The notes: generated by a model from the letters alone, not told the origin. Shown: positions 17,603 through 26,649, counted from the first letter of the stretch. The stretch is DNA of 32,000 nt from Psychrobacter sp. DM4 (GCF_051307035.1 NZ_CP195536.1:1350001-1382000), one strand, 5' to 3'. Numbers and translations: made by a program.

Positions 17603-17636
17603 AATTGTCACGGGCTATCTAACTATACACTTTGTT
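17603..17636. promoter_or_regulatory. Candidate MocR operator/promoter element (copy 1)
   Basis: The plus strand reads AATTGT-N13-ACTATACACTTTGTT. In the sense of the minus-strand MocR gene this is AACAAAGTGTATAGT-N13-ACAATT, 58-72 nt upstream of its ATG. The motif and spacing are identical to 21062-21095. Confidence 0.4.
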
Positions 17637-17722
17637 GGTAATTTTGAAAAATGCCTCGGTACGGCCAAGTCGTAAGGTAATACTATTACTCCATGTACAC
17701 CACGAAACGACATGGAGTTATG

Positions 17723-18361
17723 ATGTTTACCCCCAAAGCTTTTAAAGAAAACAACTTTGAGACCATACAAGCCTTTATCAAAGAACAACCGCAAGCGACG
17801 GTGATTGCGCAAACGAACAACGGACTTGAAGCGAGTCACATTCCTATGTATTGGCAAAACGATGGCAGTGAGTTTGGTTGTCTTTATGGTCACATTGCCA
17901 AAGTAAATGCGCTAAATAACAGCGATAATCTCGACAAGGCGTGGCTGATTATCTTTCAAGATACGGGACATTATATCAGCCCTAATTGGTATCCTAGTAA
18001 AGCGCTAACCCATAAAGAAGTACCAACATGGAATTATCAAAGCATACATATCACCGGCAATGTCAGCTTATTGACTGCACCTGAGCAACTTATCGAGATT
18101 TTATCGAAGCAAACGGCTGACTTTGAAGCCAACCAGCCCAACCCTTGGTCACTTGATGATGCGCCTGTAGAGTACATTCAGGCGATGTGTCGCGCCATCG
18201 TTGGTATTCGTGTCAATATAACCGATGTTCAAGCGCAGTTTAAGCTGAGTCAAAATAAAACGGTTGAAAATAGAACAGGGGTGGTCGCAGGATTGAAACA
18301 GCTTGGAACGTTTGAGGCTGGCAAGATGGCGATGTTAGTTGATAAGGTAAATGAAGATTAA
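17723..18361 (+). CDS. PaiB-family FMN-binding putative transcriptional regulator
   Basis: The N-terminus MFTPKAFKENNFETIQAFIKEQPQATVI...EASHIPMYW and the C-terminal FKLSQNK motif are typical of the PaiB / putative FMN-binding family. A GGAG lies 5 nt before the ATG at 17723. The ORF is open from 17693. Confidence 0.8.
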   Translation: MFTPKAFKENNFETIQAFIKEQPQATVIAQTNNGLEASHIPMYWQNDGSEFGCLYGHIAKVNALNNSDNLDKAWLIIFQDTGHYISPNWYPSKALTHKEVPTWNYQSIHITGNVSLLTAPEQLIEILSKQTADFEANQPNPWSLDDAPVEYIQAMCRAIVGIRVNITDVQAQFKLSQNKTVENRTGVVAGLKQLGTFEAGKMAMLVDKVNED

Positions 18362-18424
18362 GCTTGATTATAAGGGTATGAATAAGCGATGTTTAATTTA
18401 ACAAAACTAACTCAAGGACACACT

Positions 18425-19150
18425 ATGACAACCCTGCGCACTGTTGGTATCTTACTATTTAATGAAGTTGAAGTATTAGACTTTGCAGGACCTTTTGAGG
18501 TGTTTTCTTTAGCTGAGAATGATAGCAGTGATAAGCATTTTAACGTTATCACTATCGCTGAGCAGACAGACCCAATATCCGCTAGAAATGGATTAACCGT
18601 TATTCCTGATTATAGCCTTGATAATCATCCTGATATTGACGTTTTAGTCATTCCGGGTGGTTATGGCGCTGAGAAGGTTGAGATCAATAATCAAGTAGTT
18701 ATTGATTGGATTGTAAGTCAATTTAAGATGGTAGAGTTGACGCTTTCGCTATGTACAGGTGCGTTGCTACTAGCTAAAGCTGGATTACTCGCTGGCAAGT
18801 CAGCAACGACCCATTGGATGGACTTAGATAATTTAGCGTCCTATCCTAATATTAATGTTATTTCTAACACTCGCTATGTCGATGCCAGCGACGAGACCAA
18901 TAAGCTAGTTACTTCAGCAGGAATAAGCGCAGGTATTCATGCCAGTCTATATTGCATAGAGAAGTTGATAGATCGCCAAACCATGCAAGCAACAGCAAGA
19001 CGTATGGAGAAAAATGCCGAGAAAGGCGCAAACAGCCACTGCTGCCATGATTCGCTTATCACTGGTTTTATTACTAGACTTATGACTAGAGCCTACAAAC
19101 TCAGTAGTGATAAGCTGCTGATATTGAATGCGTCTTGGCGTTTTGCTTAA
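18425..19150 (+). CDS. DJ-1/PfpI-family (class I glutamine amidotransferase-like) protein with an atypical 46-aa C-terminal tail
   Basis: Family features are VGILLFNEVEVLDFAGPFEVF, VLVIPGG, the nucleophile-elbow Cys in SLCTGALLLAKAGLL, and TSAGISAGIHASLYCIEKL. AAGGA lies 6 nt before the ATG at 18425. Family-like sequence ends near ARRME (about 19009). The remaining tail overlaps a convergent ORF. Confidence 0.8.
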   Translation: MTTLRTVGILLFNEVEVLDFAGPFEVFSLAENDSSDKHFNVITIAEQTDPISARNGLTVIPDYSLDNHPDIDVLVIPGGYGAEKVEINNQVVIDWIVSQFKMVELTLSLCTGALLLAKAGLLAGKSATTHWMDLDNLASYPNINVISNTRYVDASDETNKLVTSAGISAGIHASLYCIEKLIDRQTMQATARRMEKNAEKGANSHCCHDSLITGFITRLMTRAYKLSSDKLLILNASWRFA

Positions 19151-19333
19151 CAACGCTGATAGCAAGACAAAAGCAATAATCGTTTTAGAAAATGCAATAT
19201 CGTTACTTTTGAGCCCAGTGTTCATCAGTAGCACACTGAATATAGCTATTGTGGCGTTGAGTGCAGCTGCCGTTAGGGCAAATGAAACACCTAGTGAATT
19301 ACTTAAGTTATGGTTTGATTTTATCATTTTCAT
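18947..19333 (-). pseudogene. Probable remnant of a second EamA/DMT transporter gene (N-terminal two helices only)
   Basis: Its ATG overlaps the stop of the upstream EamA gene (ATGA at 19330-19333), a translational-coupling geometry. The first ~70 aa look like DMT TM1-loop-TM2 (LGVSFALTAAALNATIAIFSVLLM ... IAFSKTIIAFVLLSALL). The rest is hydrophilic and non-transporter-like, and it runs into the DJ-1 gene. Confidence 0.35.
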
Positions 19334-20235
19334 GGTTTTAATTTGACAACCCTTTTACCAAGTATCTTTTTTCTATCCGTAAAGTTAACGGTCAAAAGAA
19401 TAAGTCCCAGTAAAACCAATCCTGATCCTATAAGTTCAGTGATCGATAGCACTTCACCATACAACAACCAACCAAAAAATAAACCCGATATTGGCACTAG
19501 CAATGAATAAGGGGTGACTTTGGATAGACCGTGCTGACTAATAAGACGTGTCCAAACAGCATAACCGAATAAGGTCACTATTAGCGCTTGAAAGACAATC
19601 GATATCCAACCCTTAAGATTTGGCATCTGCAATAAAGTATTAAACTCAACGCCGTAAAATAGCGCATAGACTACCGATAGTAATAATATCGGCACAGGTA
19701 CAAATAAGCTTGACCACACCGTAAAGCTGACTACGTCTTTGGGCTTAGCAATTTTGATAATGATATTACAAATCGTCCAAAAGATAGCTGCCATCAGCAT
19801 CAAACCTAAACCTACATAACTGAGGCTATCCGACTTAAAAATACAGATAGCCATGAACCCTAATAGCGCAATGATGATGCCCACGACTTGCTTAGTTTTC
19901 AAAGTTTCTTTAAAGACCACAACGGCGGCTAAAACGGTCAAAAAAGGACTCATTTGTAGTAGTAGGGACGCTATACCTGCAGGCGTGCCTAAGAATACCG
20001 CTAAATTCGCCAGTCCCCAAACGCCCGTACCGAATAGTACGCCGTAGGTTATGACATAGCGCATCGCAATATCAGGCTTTTTTACTATGAACACCATAGG
20101 AGTAGCAGTTAATAAAAACCGCAGTAGCGTCATGGTCATCGGATGCACGTCTTCAACACCCCAACGAATGACCACAAAGTTAAAGCCCCAGATTAGAACC
20201 ACGGCTATCGCTAATAGATGCTCTTTTATAGTCAT
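19330..20235 (-). CDS. EamA/DMT-superfamily transporter (10 TM)
   Basis: The 301-aa protein is hydrophobic throughout. It has two EamA-like halves, for example LLAIAVVLIWGFNFVVIRWG and MLMAAIFWTICNIIIKIAK. Confidence 0.85.
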   Translation of the reverse strand: MTIKEHLLAIAVVLIWGFNFVVIRWGVEDVHPMTMTLLRFLLTATPMVFIVKKPDIAMRYVITYGVLFGTGVWGLANLAVFLGTPAGIASLLLQMSPFLTVLAAVVVFKETLKTKQVVGIIIALLGFMAICIFKSDSLSYVGLGLMLMAAIFWTICNIIIKIAKPKDVVSFTVWSSLFVPVPILLLSVVYALFYGVEFNTLLQMPNLKGWISIVFQALIVTLFGYAVWTRLISQHGLSKVTPYSLLVPISGLFFGWLLYGEVLSITELIGSGLVLLGLILLTVNFTDRKKILGKRVVKLKP

Positions 20236-20292
20236 TGTTATGTTTATCCATAATTAGAAAGTTTTATTGAAATAAATAAAAATAAATAAGCC

Positions 20293-20970
20293 TTATAACC
20301 ACAGTGTCACCGCACAATACAGCGTCATAAGTACAATCAAAGCATGAATAACGCGCATGACTCGCGGCAGATGCACCAGTTTTCGCAGCCAATGACCGCC
20401 TGCCGCCCAGCAGCTGATTGATAAGATATTGATGACAGCACTCATTGCAAGAAGCGAGTAGTTATCTAACCAAGGCCTGCCAGCATGGAACATCGCTAGA
20501 CTTGGTGCTACTACTGTCATGGTCCACGCTTTGGGATTAAGCCATTGAAACAGTAGTGCCTGCCAAAAATTAAGCGGTAATTCGCCAAAGCTTTTTTTAG
20601 CTTCGATAACGCTTTCACTTGATCGCCTGCGACCTTGTTCGTATTGTAGAGCTTCATTAACAACAGCGATAAAGTCGGTTTTAGCCATCTGATAGGTGAG
20701 CCATAATAAATATAGCGTACCTAATATTTTTATAATGAGCATAATGGGCGGGAAACTGACGACTAGCGCTGCCATACCCCAATAGCTTAGCCAGAGCATA
20801 ACGGTGACGCCAAGCGTAATACCAAGCATATGAAAGCGGCACGCCCAAAATCCGCGTTTAATACTCCCATGAAGTAGCATTAAATTATTGGGTCCAGGCG
20901 TGATGGAATTGACTAGCATAAAGATAGCTAGTGCTATTACACTGCCTTCAAAACTTGCGGTTATACTCAT
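20293..20970 (-). CDS. LysE/RhtB-family amino-acid exporter
   Basis: It has the N-terminal signature LVNSITPGPNNLMLL, six hydrophobic segments and a charged central loop. I chose the start at MSIT (20970) because that gives the family-typical distance to PGPN. The ORF is open to 21012. Confidence 0.85.
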   Translation of the reverse strand: MSITASFEGSVIALAIFMLVNSITPGPNNLMLLHGSIKRGFWACRFHMLGITLGVTVMLWLSYWGMAALVVSFPPIMLIIKILGTLYLLWLTYQMAKTDFIAVVNEALQYEQGRRRSSESVIEAKKSFGELPLNFWQALLFQWLNPKAWTMTVVAPSLAMFHAGRPWLDNYSLLAMSAVINILSISCWAAGGHWLRKLVHLPRVMRVIHALIVLMTLYCAVTLWL

Positions 20971-21061
20971 CTTTTCCCATTCTAAAATGCTAAACATGAT
21001 CGATGAAACCAACTATAGTTTAAATAGCCATAACAGACCCGATACAGTTTCGCTGATGGTA

Positions 21062-21095
21062 AACAAAGTGTATAGTCACTCTCAGCATCACAATT
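21062..21095. promoter_or_regulatory. Candidate MocR operator/promoter element (copy 2)
   Basis: AACAAAGTGTATAGT-N13-ACAATT lies on the plus strand, 62-76 nt upstream of the MocR ATG at 21138. The motif, spacing and gene-relative orientation are identical to 17603-17636. Confidence 0.4.
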
Positions 21096-21137
21096 CATTT
21101 ATGCATAAACTCAGCACAAAAATAGGCATCTCTCATT

Positions 21138-22538
21138 ATGGTCGAAACCTATACTCTCAATCCCAATTTAACTAAGACCGCCGCCGTTGCTGAATGGATA
21201 CAGCAGCGTATTGATTGGCAAATTTATTTGCCCAATCAGCGCGTGCCTTCGGTGCGAAAATTAGCAAAACTATTAGACATATCAAGCTTTACGGTGGTAC
21301 AAGCCTATGAGCAGCTGGTTGCTACTAACGTATTAACCGCTAAACCTAGTTCAGGGTATTATGTCAATGTACTAGCAAGATTGAATGAATCGAGTAGCAG
21401 TAAAGAATCGATTGCCAAATATCCTGTGATAGACACACGCTGGCTAGTCCAGCAGGTATTCAGTGATATTCCGCATGAGCGCTCGCCGGGGGTTGGCACT
21501 TTGCCTAGAGACTGGGTGCGTAACGACAAGATGGAGTGGGCGATACGGCAAGTCACCCAGCAAGCCGATAGTTTTGTCTATGATTATGGCGATGTGCAAG
21601 GCTACCTGCCACTACGTCAACAGCTGGTGCAGCATCTGCATACGCTTGGGATGCAGACTCATACTGATGATATCGTGACTACCGCTGGCGTGTCGCAAGC
21701 CGTGACCATGGTCGCGCAATTACTTACCCAAGCGGGTGACACGGTGGTCGTTGATGGGCCGGGCTGGTACTGGCTATCAAGCTGCCTGCAACAACAAGGT
21801 CTAAATGTCGTCTCTGTAGAACGCGACCATCAGGGTCCTAACATTGATCAGATGCAGAAGCTATTCGCGGCGCATCATCCTAAGCTCTATTTGACCAATA
21901 GTGTGCTACACAATCCGACCTCCTATAATCTGCATCCTGCCCGCGCGCATCAAGTCATCAATCTTATTCACGAGTATGACGCTTATATTTTTGAAGATGA
22001 TTTGTACGCCGCCTTTGTACCGGGTGGTCAAGTGCTGCGTTACGCGACTCTTGACCAGTTCGACCGGGTGTTTTATGCGACAGGATTTTCAAAGTCAATG
22101 TCGTCAGGCTGGCGCGTCGGTATGCTGGTCTGTCCTGATAACTATATCGATGATGTGCTTCGGATCAAAACCCTGAGTAACTTGAATACGCCCGAGTTTG
22201 GCGAACGGGTATGTCATCATTTGTGGACGCATGGTGAGTATCGCCGTCAGATTAAAAAAGTACAGCAACATTTATATAGCGCTCATGAAAGAATGCGAAA
22301 GGCGCTACCAAAGATAGAGCTCATTTATCCTGAGCATACGCAGGCGGGACTGTTCGTTTGGGTAGACACGGGGCAGGATACGAGTCAGCTGGCACTAGAT
22401 GCCTATAAGGAGGGTTGGCTGGTCGCACCGGGGCAATTGTTCTATCCAGACGCTAGTGCTTCGACACATTTGCGACTCAATGTATCAACAACTAGCGATG
22501 AGTTTTTGGTTTGGTTAGGAGGGTATTTAGAACGGTAA
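21138..22538 (+). CDS. MocR-family (GntR HTH + PLP aminotransferase-like domain) transcriptional regulator, intact
   Basis: The 466-aa protein has an N-terminal wHTH (RVPSVRKLAKLLDISSFTVVQAYEQL), a linker and a fold-type-I aminotransferase-like domain with FSKSMSSGWRVG. It is transcribed divergently from the LysE exporter gene. Confidence 0.9.
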   Translation: MVETYTLNPNLTKTAAVAEWIQQRIDWQIYLPNQRVPSVRKLAKLLDISSFTVVQAYEQLVATNVLTAKPSSGYYVNVLARLNESSSSKESIAKYPVIDTRWLVQQVFSDIPHERSPGVGTLPRDWVRNDKMEWAIRQVTQQADSFVYDYGDVQGYLPLRQQLVQHLHTLGMQTHTDDIVTTAGVSQAVTMVAQLLTQAGDTVVVDGPGWYWLSSCLQQQGLNVVSVERDHQGPNIDQMQKLFAAHHPKLYLTNSVLHNPTSYNLHPARAHQVINLIHEYDAYIFEDDLYAAFVPGGQVLRYATLDQFDRVFYATGFSKSMSSGWRVGMLVCPDNYIDDVLRIKTLSNLNTPEFGERVCHHLWTHGEYRRQIKKVQQHLYSAHERMRKALPKIELIYPEHTQAGLFVWVDTGQDTSQLALDAYKEGWLVAPGQLFYPDASASTHLRLNVSTTSDEFLVWLGGYLER

Positions 22539-22845
22539 AATATAAAAGTATGTCTTTGCTGAATTCAAATTATCAATCGTAGTTGCAACATGAAGTCTAC
22601 TAACGACACTATATACGGTGACGAGTATGACAACTTCACAGCTATCTAAAACTATTCTTAAAATCGTTTTTATGCAAAATAGGGTTAATAAAATTGGTTT
22701 GTTACAACTATATACTTGATGGTGTCTCAAGACCTTTGATGGAAAAACTGTGTGGCCATTGTAGTTTTAGCAAAAAAGCTATTCATTGTCCTGATAGTAT
22801 CTATTCAAACTTAACTTTTGAAGCATCTAATATTGTTCAATAAGT

Positions 22846-22980
22846 ATGCCTACCAAACGTAGAGAATACACCCGAGAATTTAAATTAGAAGCCGTCAGTT
22901 TAATGTCAGATCACAAGTTTAAGATTGTAGAAGTGGCGAAGTCTCTAAGGATGGGTACATCAACCTTTTACTATTTATAA
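22846..22980 (+). mobile_element. IS3-family transposase orfA fragment (first ~40 codons only, relic A)
   Basis: It translates to MPTKRREYTREFKLEAVSLMSDHKFKIVEVAKSL. It is near-identical at nucleotide level to 26984-27100. Similarity starts about 3 nt before the ATG and fades around 22967. No IS ends or orfB are present. Confidence 0.6.
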
Positions 22981-23210
22981 TATCAACCAAGCCTAGTATT
23001 TCTAGTCACTATATAGTCACATTATTAATCTAAGTTTAGATAAAATTAGCGAAAGCTGCTATTAGTAATGCTAATCCACTATAAAATCGACAAAAACGAG
23101 CCAAGTATAAATCATACATCAGTAGTTTGAGTTAGGTTAAAACTGTGACTATTATTATTGGCAAGACTATATTTTTCTTTGAAAAGTATAACAATGGATA
23201 AACTCAAGTT

Positions 23211-24314
23211 TTATGGCTTTGATTGCTTCGGATAGTCAGTATAACCTTTAGCACCACCACCAAAAAACTGATCGGTATTGGGTTCATTAAGCAGCGAGTT
23301 ATAACGCAGTCTCTCTGGTAAGTCTGGATTGGCTACGAACGGACGTCCAAACCCAATCAAGTCAGCCCAGTTGTGTCGCAATGCGACCTCAGCCCGCTCC
23401 TTGGTGTATTTTCCTGAATAGATCAATGTGCCATGATAGATCATACGCATTGCTTCTTTAAAGGTTGCTGGCATTTTAGGCGCATCTTCCCAATCAGCCT
23501 CAGCAATATGAATGTAGGTCACACTGATATCATCTAGCATGTTAGCTGCTGCTAGGTAGGTAGCTTGAGGAGTGTCATCTACAGCACCTTGTAAAGTAGT
23601 TAGAGGCGCAAGGCGCACACCAACACGCTTGCGTCCAGCCACACCAACTACAGCTTCGACTACTTCACGTAAGAAACGTAGACGATTGGAGAGTGATCCA
23701 CCGTATTTATCAGTGCGTGTGTTTTCTTGAGAATCAATAAACTGATTAATAAGGTAACTTGCTGCATGTATTTCAACACCATCAAAGCCAGCTTCTAATG
23801 CATTTCGCGTTGCACTGGCAAAATCTTGTATGACTTGTACAATCTCAACTTCTGATAGGGCTCGTGGCTCTGAATGCTGCACCATCTCTCCAATGCCTTC
23901 TTGTGGTCCTTTATTTTCAGGGTCAATGAAAACTTTGACGCCTTTAGCAACCAACGGCGAAGATGAGACTGGCGCTCCACCATTCGGTTGTAATGAGAAG
24001 TGAGAGACCCGTCCTACATGTTGCAATTGCATAAAAATACGACCATTCGCTTCATGTACAGCATGGGTCACGCTGCGCCAACCAACCACCTGTTCAGTGC
24101 TATGGATACCAGGTGTCCACGCATAACCTTGAGCTTGTTGGCTGATCTGCGTGCCTTCTGTTATGATCAGACCTGCTGAGGCTCTTTGAGCATAATATTC
24201 AGCCATTAGTTCAGTAGGGACATTACCATTAGCTGCGCGCGCTCGGGTCATCGGAGGCATAATAATGCGATTGGGTAATGCCAAATCGCCTATCTTATAA
24301 GGTGTGAACAGCAT
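23211..24314 (-). CDS. Old Yellow Enzyme-family NADH:flavin oxidoreductase / alkene (N-ethylmaleimide-type) reductase
   Basis: OYE family blocks are present: LPNRIIMPPMTRARA, GLIITEGTQIS, MQLQHVGRVSH, AGFDGVEIHAASYLINQF and DLIGFGRPFVANPDLPERL. AGGAG lies 9 nt upstream, inside the end of the SGNH gene. Confidence 0.9.
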   Translation of the reverse strand: MLFTPYKIGDLALPNRIIMPPMTRARAANGNVPTELMAEYYAQRASAGLIITEGTQISQQAQGYAWTPGIHSTEQVVGWRSVTHAVHEANGRIFMQLQHVGRVSHFSLQPNGGAPVSSSPLVAKGVKVFIDPENKGPQEGIGEMVQHSEPRALSEVEIVQVIQDFASATRNALEAGFDGVEIHAASYLINQFIDSQENTRTDKYGGSLSNRLRFLREVVEAVVGVAGRKRVGVRLAPLTTLQGAVDDTPQATYLAAANMLDDISVTYIHIAEADWEDAPKMPATFKEAMRMIYHGTLIYSGKYTKERAEVALRHNWADLIGFGRPFVANPDLPERLRYNSLLNEPNTDQFFGGGAKGYTDYPKQSKP

Positions 24315-24317
24315 GAC

Positions 24318-25625
24318 TTAACGCTCCTGTAAATTTATCAGTGTGGCATTAGGTAGGACACCCAACATCTTAAGATCGACAGCTGCAGCCATCGCATGAT
24401 TACCGTTATCGCTAGGATGTAGCCGATCGCCAGAATCGAAGGGCGCTGCTATGCGAGTAGGATGCTCGGAGTCACGCAGTACTGCATCGAAGTCGATCAC
24501 ATCATCGAACACACCACTATTGCGAACCCAGTCGTTTACTTGCTGACGCAAAGCGTCCTTATCAGGGTGATAATAGTCACTTAAAGGTGTTCCTGGCAGA
24601 GCACCTTCGAATGGCGTCAGCGTTGTACCAATTACGCGCACGCCACGGCTATGCGCCTGTTCAACTAATTGGCGGTAACCCGCCGTCATTTCCTCCAATG
24701 TCGGCCGGGAGCTTGTTGGAGCAAATGCTGTACCAGGCCAAGCGATATCGTTGATTCCTAGCATTACGATAACGCTCTGCACTCCGGGCTGAGCCAGCAC
24801 ATCGCGCTCCAGCCGTGCCAATGCATTGACACCCATACCATCGGAAAGTAAGCGTCCACCGGAAATACCTGCATTTACGACAGCTACTCCATGTGGTGCT
24901 AGTCGAGCGGCCAAATAATCAGGCCAGCGATTATTCTTATCCAAGCTGGCAGTAGCACCATCGGTTATAGAGTCACCAAGCACCACGACAGTGTGCGCCG
25001 TTTCAACAGCCTCAACTTGAATGCCTGATAATAGTGGTCGTGCTGTAGTGCTCTGCGCCGACTTTTGACCTGTTTTCAGTTTCGGAGTCATAGTCTGGTC
25101 ACCAGATACGATCCAGCTGGTCTGACGACCGTCCCAGTGGAACGTGGTCAGCGGCGTCTCTTTTGGTAAATACAGACTGACTGCCACTTTTCCTAGCGCA
25201 GGAATGGATAACGCAATAGGATCACTGACCAGTGATGCGCCAGGGAGAATTGTCGCGGTGTCGCGGCCACCGAACGTCACACTACGCAAACTATCAGCAA
25301 CGACAGTGTCGCTCGTCTTCGGCAGTGCAACCGTGGCTTTGCCCACAGTTAGCGATTGCTCACCATAAACATTGGATAACACGATACGCATGCGCGGCCC
25401 GCCTAGGCTCACTTGCGACACCTGCCGTATGGTCTGATCATGCAGTACGGCCGGAACGTTAGTAGGAAACAGAAAATCCGATCCCCATACCGATTGAGGA
25501 CTAGCTTCCCATGTCGCCACCCAATTGGGCGTCGCAGCGAGAGCATGAGTTGTAAAAAGTGGTGCCCCAATTGTAAACGCGAGGCTCAATATTGCCATAG
25601 CAGACGTTTCGACAAGGTTTTGCAT
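24318..25625 (-). CDS. Exported SGNH/GDSL-family hydrolase with an ~190-aa N-terminal accessory domain
   Basis: It has a signal-like N-terminus (AMAILSLAFTIGAPLFTTHALA/AT) and three SGNH blocks: VVVLGDSITDG (block I), VIVMLGINDI (block III) and DRLHPS (block V, DxxH). Its stop is 3 nt from the OYE start. Confidence 0.85.
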   Translation of the reverse strand: MQNLVETSAMAILSLAFTIGAPLFTTHALAATPNWVATWEASPQSVWGSDFLFPTNVPAVLHDQTIRQVSQVSLGGPRMRIVLSNVYGEQSLTVGKATVALPKTSDTVVADSLRSVTFGGRDTATILPGASLVSDPIALSIPALGKVAVSLYLPKETPLTTFHWDGRQTSWIVSGDQTMTPKLKTGQKSAQSTTARPLLSGIQVEAVETAHTVVVLGDSITDGATASLDKNNRWPDYLAARLAPHGVAVVNAGISGGRLLSDGMGVNALARLERDVLAQPGVQSVIVMLGINDIAWPGTAFAPTSSRPTLEEMTAGYRQLVEQAHSRGVRVIGTTLTPFEGALPGTPLSDYYHPDKDALRQQVNDWVRNSGVFDDVIDFDAVLRDSEHPTRIAAPFDSGDRLHPSDNGNHAMAAAVDLKMLGVLPNATLINLQER

Positions 25626-25737
25626 ATCAATAATATCCAGTTCTTATAGAATAGCTAATGGTAAACCTAATAGCTAAAAGAGAGTAGACTACCTACTGGA
25701 CAATCATTTATGATTTGAGTTCACAAAGGAGGTAGCT

Positions 25738-26649
25738 ATGGCGCGCTCAAAGGTTAATAGGTCTGGTGAGTTAGAAGTACTTGTGCAGGTGGTTGAACTG
25801 GGCGGGTTTTCTGCCGCTGCCCGCGCTTGCGCAATGACGCCATCCGCTGTAAGCAAATTGATATCGCGCATGGAACAGCGTCTCGGAGTACGACTACTAA
25901 ATCGCTCCACTCGACAGTTTCAACTGACTCCCGAGGGCTGTGTTTTTTATGAGCGTGGTGTGCGCGTACTGGCTGATTTGGACGAAGCAGAGCGCTGTGC
26001 CAGTGCGAATACTATTCCGCGTGGTCGGCTACGAGTAAACGCAAACGTACCTTTCGGTCATCATTTTTTGCTGCCACTTATTCCGGAATTCTTGGATTGC
26101 CATCCTGACGTGACGCTAGACATTGTGCTCACTGATGAAGTTATTGATATTTTGGAGCAGCGTACCGACGTAGCTCTGAGAGCAGGTCCGTTGAAAAGCT
26201 CGAACCTAATTGCAAGCAAATTGGGTGCTACACCAAAGATAATTGTTGGCGCACCCCTTTATCTAGAACGCTATGGCACACCTTCTACGCCACAGGAGCT
26301 GCTGGAACATAATAGACTGGGTTCAAACTATGTACGTACTCAGCAAGGTTGGCCATTGCTACAAGATGATGAAAGTATAGTGTTACCGGTTACTGGCAAT
26401 ACTCAAGCCAGTGATGGCGAAGCATTGCGCCATCTGGCACTGGCAGGCTTAGGGTTGGCGCGCTTGGCCTGTTTTCAGGTACGCGAGGATATTACCGCTG
26501 GTAGACTCCTGCCAGTGCTTGAAGATTGCAATCCGGGTGATCTAGAGGAGGTACATGCCGTGTACGTTGGACAAGGTGATTACCTACCATTGCGTGTTCG
26601 TGCTTTTCTAGATTTCTTAGTCGAGCGAGTTGATATCGGTATACGTTGA
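25738..26649 (+). CDS. LysR-family transcriptional regulator
   Basis: It has the N-terminal HTH FSAAARACAMTPSAVSKLISRMEQRLGVRLLNRSTR and a LysR substrate-binding domain layout. AAGGAGG lies 7 nt upstream. It is divergent from the SGNH-OYE operon. Confidence 0.9.
   Translation: MARSKVNRSGELEVLVQVVELGGFSAAARACAMTPSAVSKLISRMEQRLGVRLLNRSTRQFQLTPEGCVFYERGVRVLADLDEAERCASANTIPRGRLRVNANVPFGHHFLLPLIPEFLDCHPDVTLDIVLTDEVIDILEQRTDVALRAGPLKSSNLIASKLGATPKIIVGAPLYLERYGTPSTPQELLEHNRLGSNYVRTQQGWPLLQDDESIVLPVTGNTQASDGEALRHLALAGLGLARLACFQVREDITAGRLLPVLEDCNPGDLEEVHAVYVGQGDYLPLRVRAFLDFLVERVDIGIR

Noticed and set aside
17615-17893. A 92-aa minus-strand ORF spanning the MocR/paiB-like intergenic region and the paiB-like 5-prime end.
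   Set aside because: It lies antisense to a well-supported PaiB-family CDS and crosses the divergent promoter region. The product is basic and low-complexity with no motif.
19128-19346. A 72-aa plus-strand ORF antisense to the EamA remnant.
   Set aside because: It mirrors the minus-strand hydrophobic ORF, a common artefact opposite membrane-protein genes. It has no start context and overlaps the intact EamA stop.
22527-22730. A 67-aa minus-strand ORF just after the MocR gene at 21138-22538.
   Set aside because: It overlaps the MocR stop, lies in AT-rich DNA, and has no Shine-Dalgarno or family resemblance. It is most likely spurious.
23003-23020. TAGTCAC-TATA-TAGTCAC direct repeat. Its TATAGTCAC 9-mer also occurs within the MocR operator candidate at 21071-21079.
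   Set aside because: A single 9-mer recurrence in 32 kb of AT-rich DNA on both strands is close to chance expectation. The site lies downstream of the OYE gene, not in a promoter region.
25650-25677. AATAGCTAA direct repeat (25650-25658 and 25669-25677) and a T-N11-A-like TATAGAATAGCTA in the SGNH/LysR divergent region, as possible LysR boxes.
   Set aside because: They are short, AT-rich and lack a convincing dyad. They are plausible LysR boxes but not distinguishable from background by eye.
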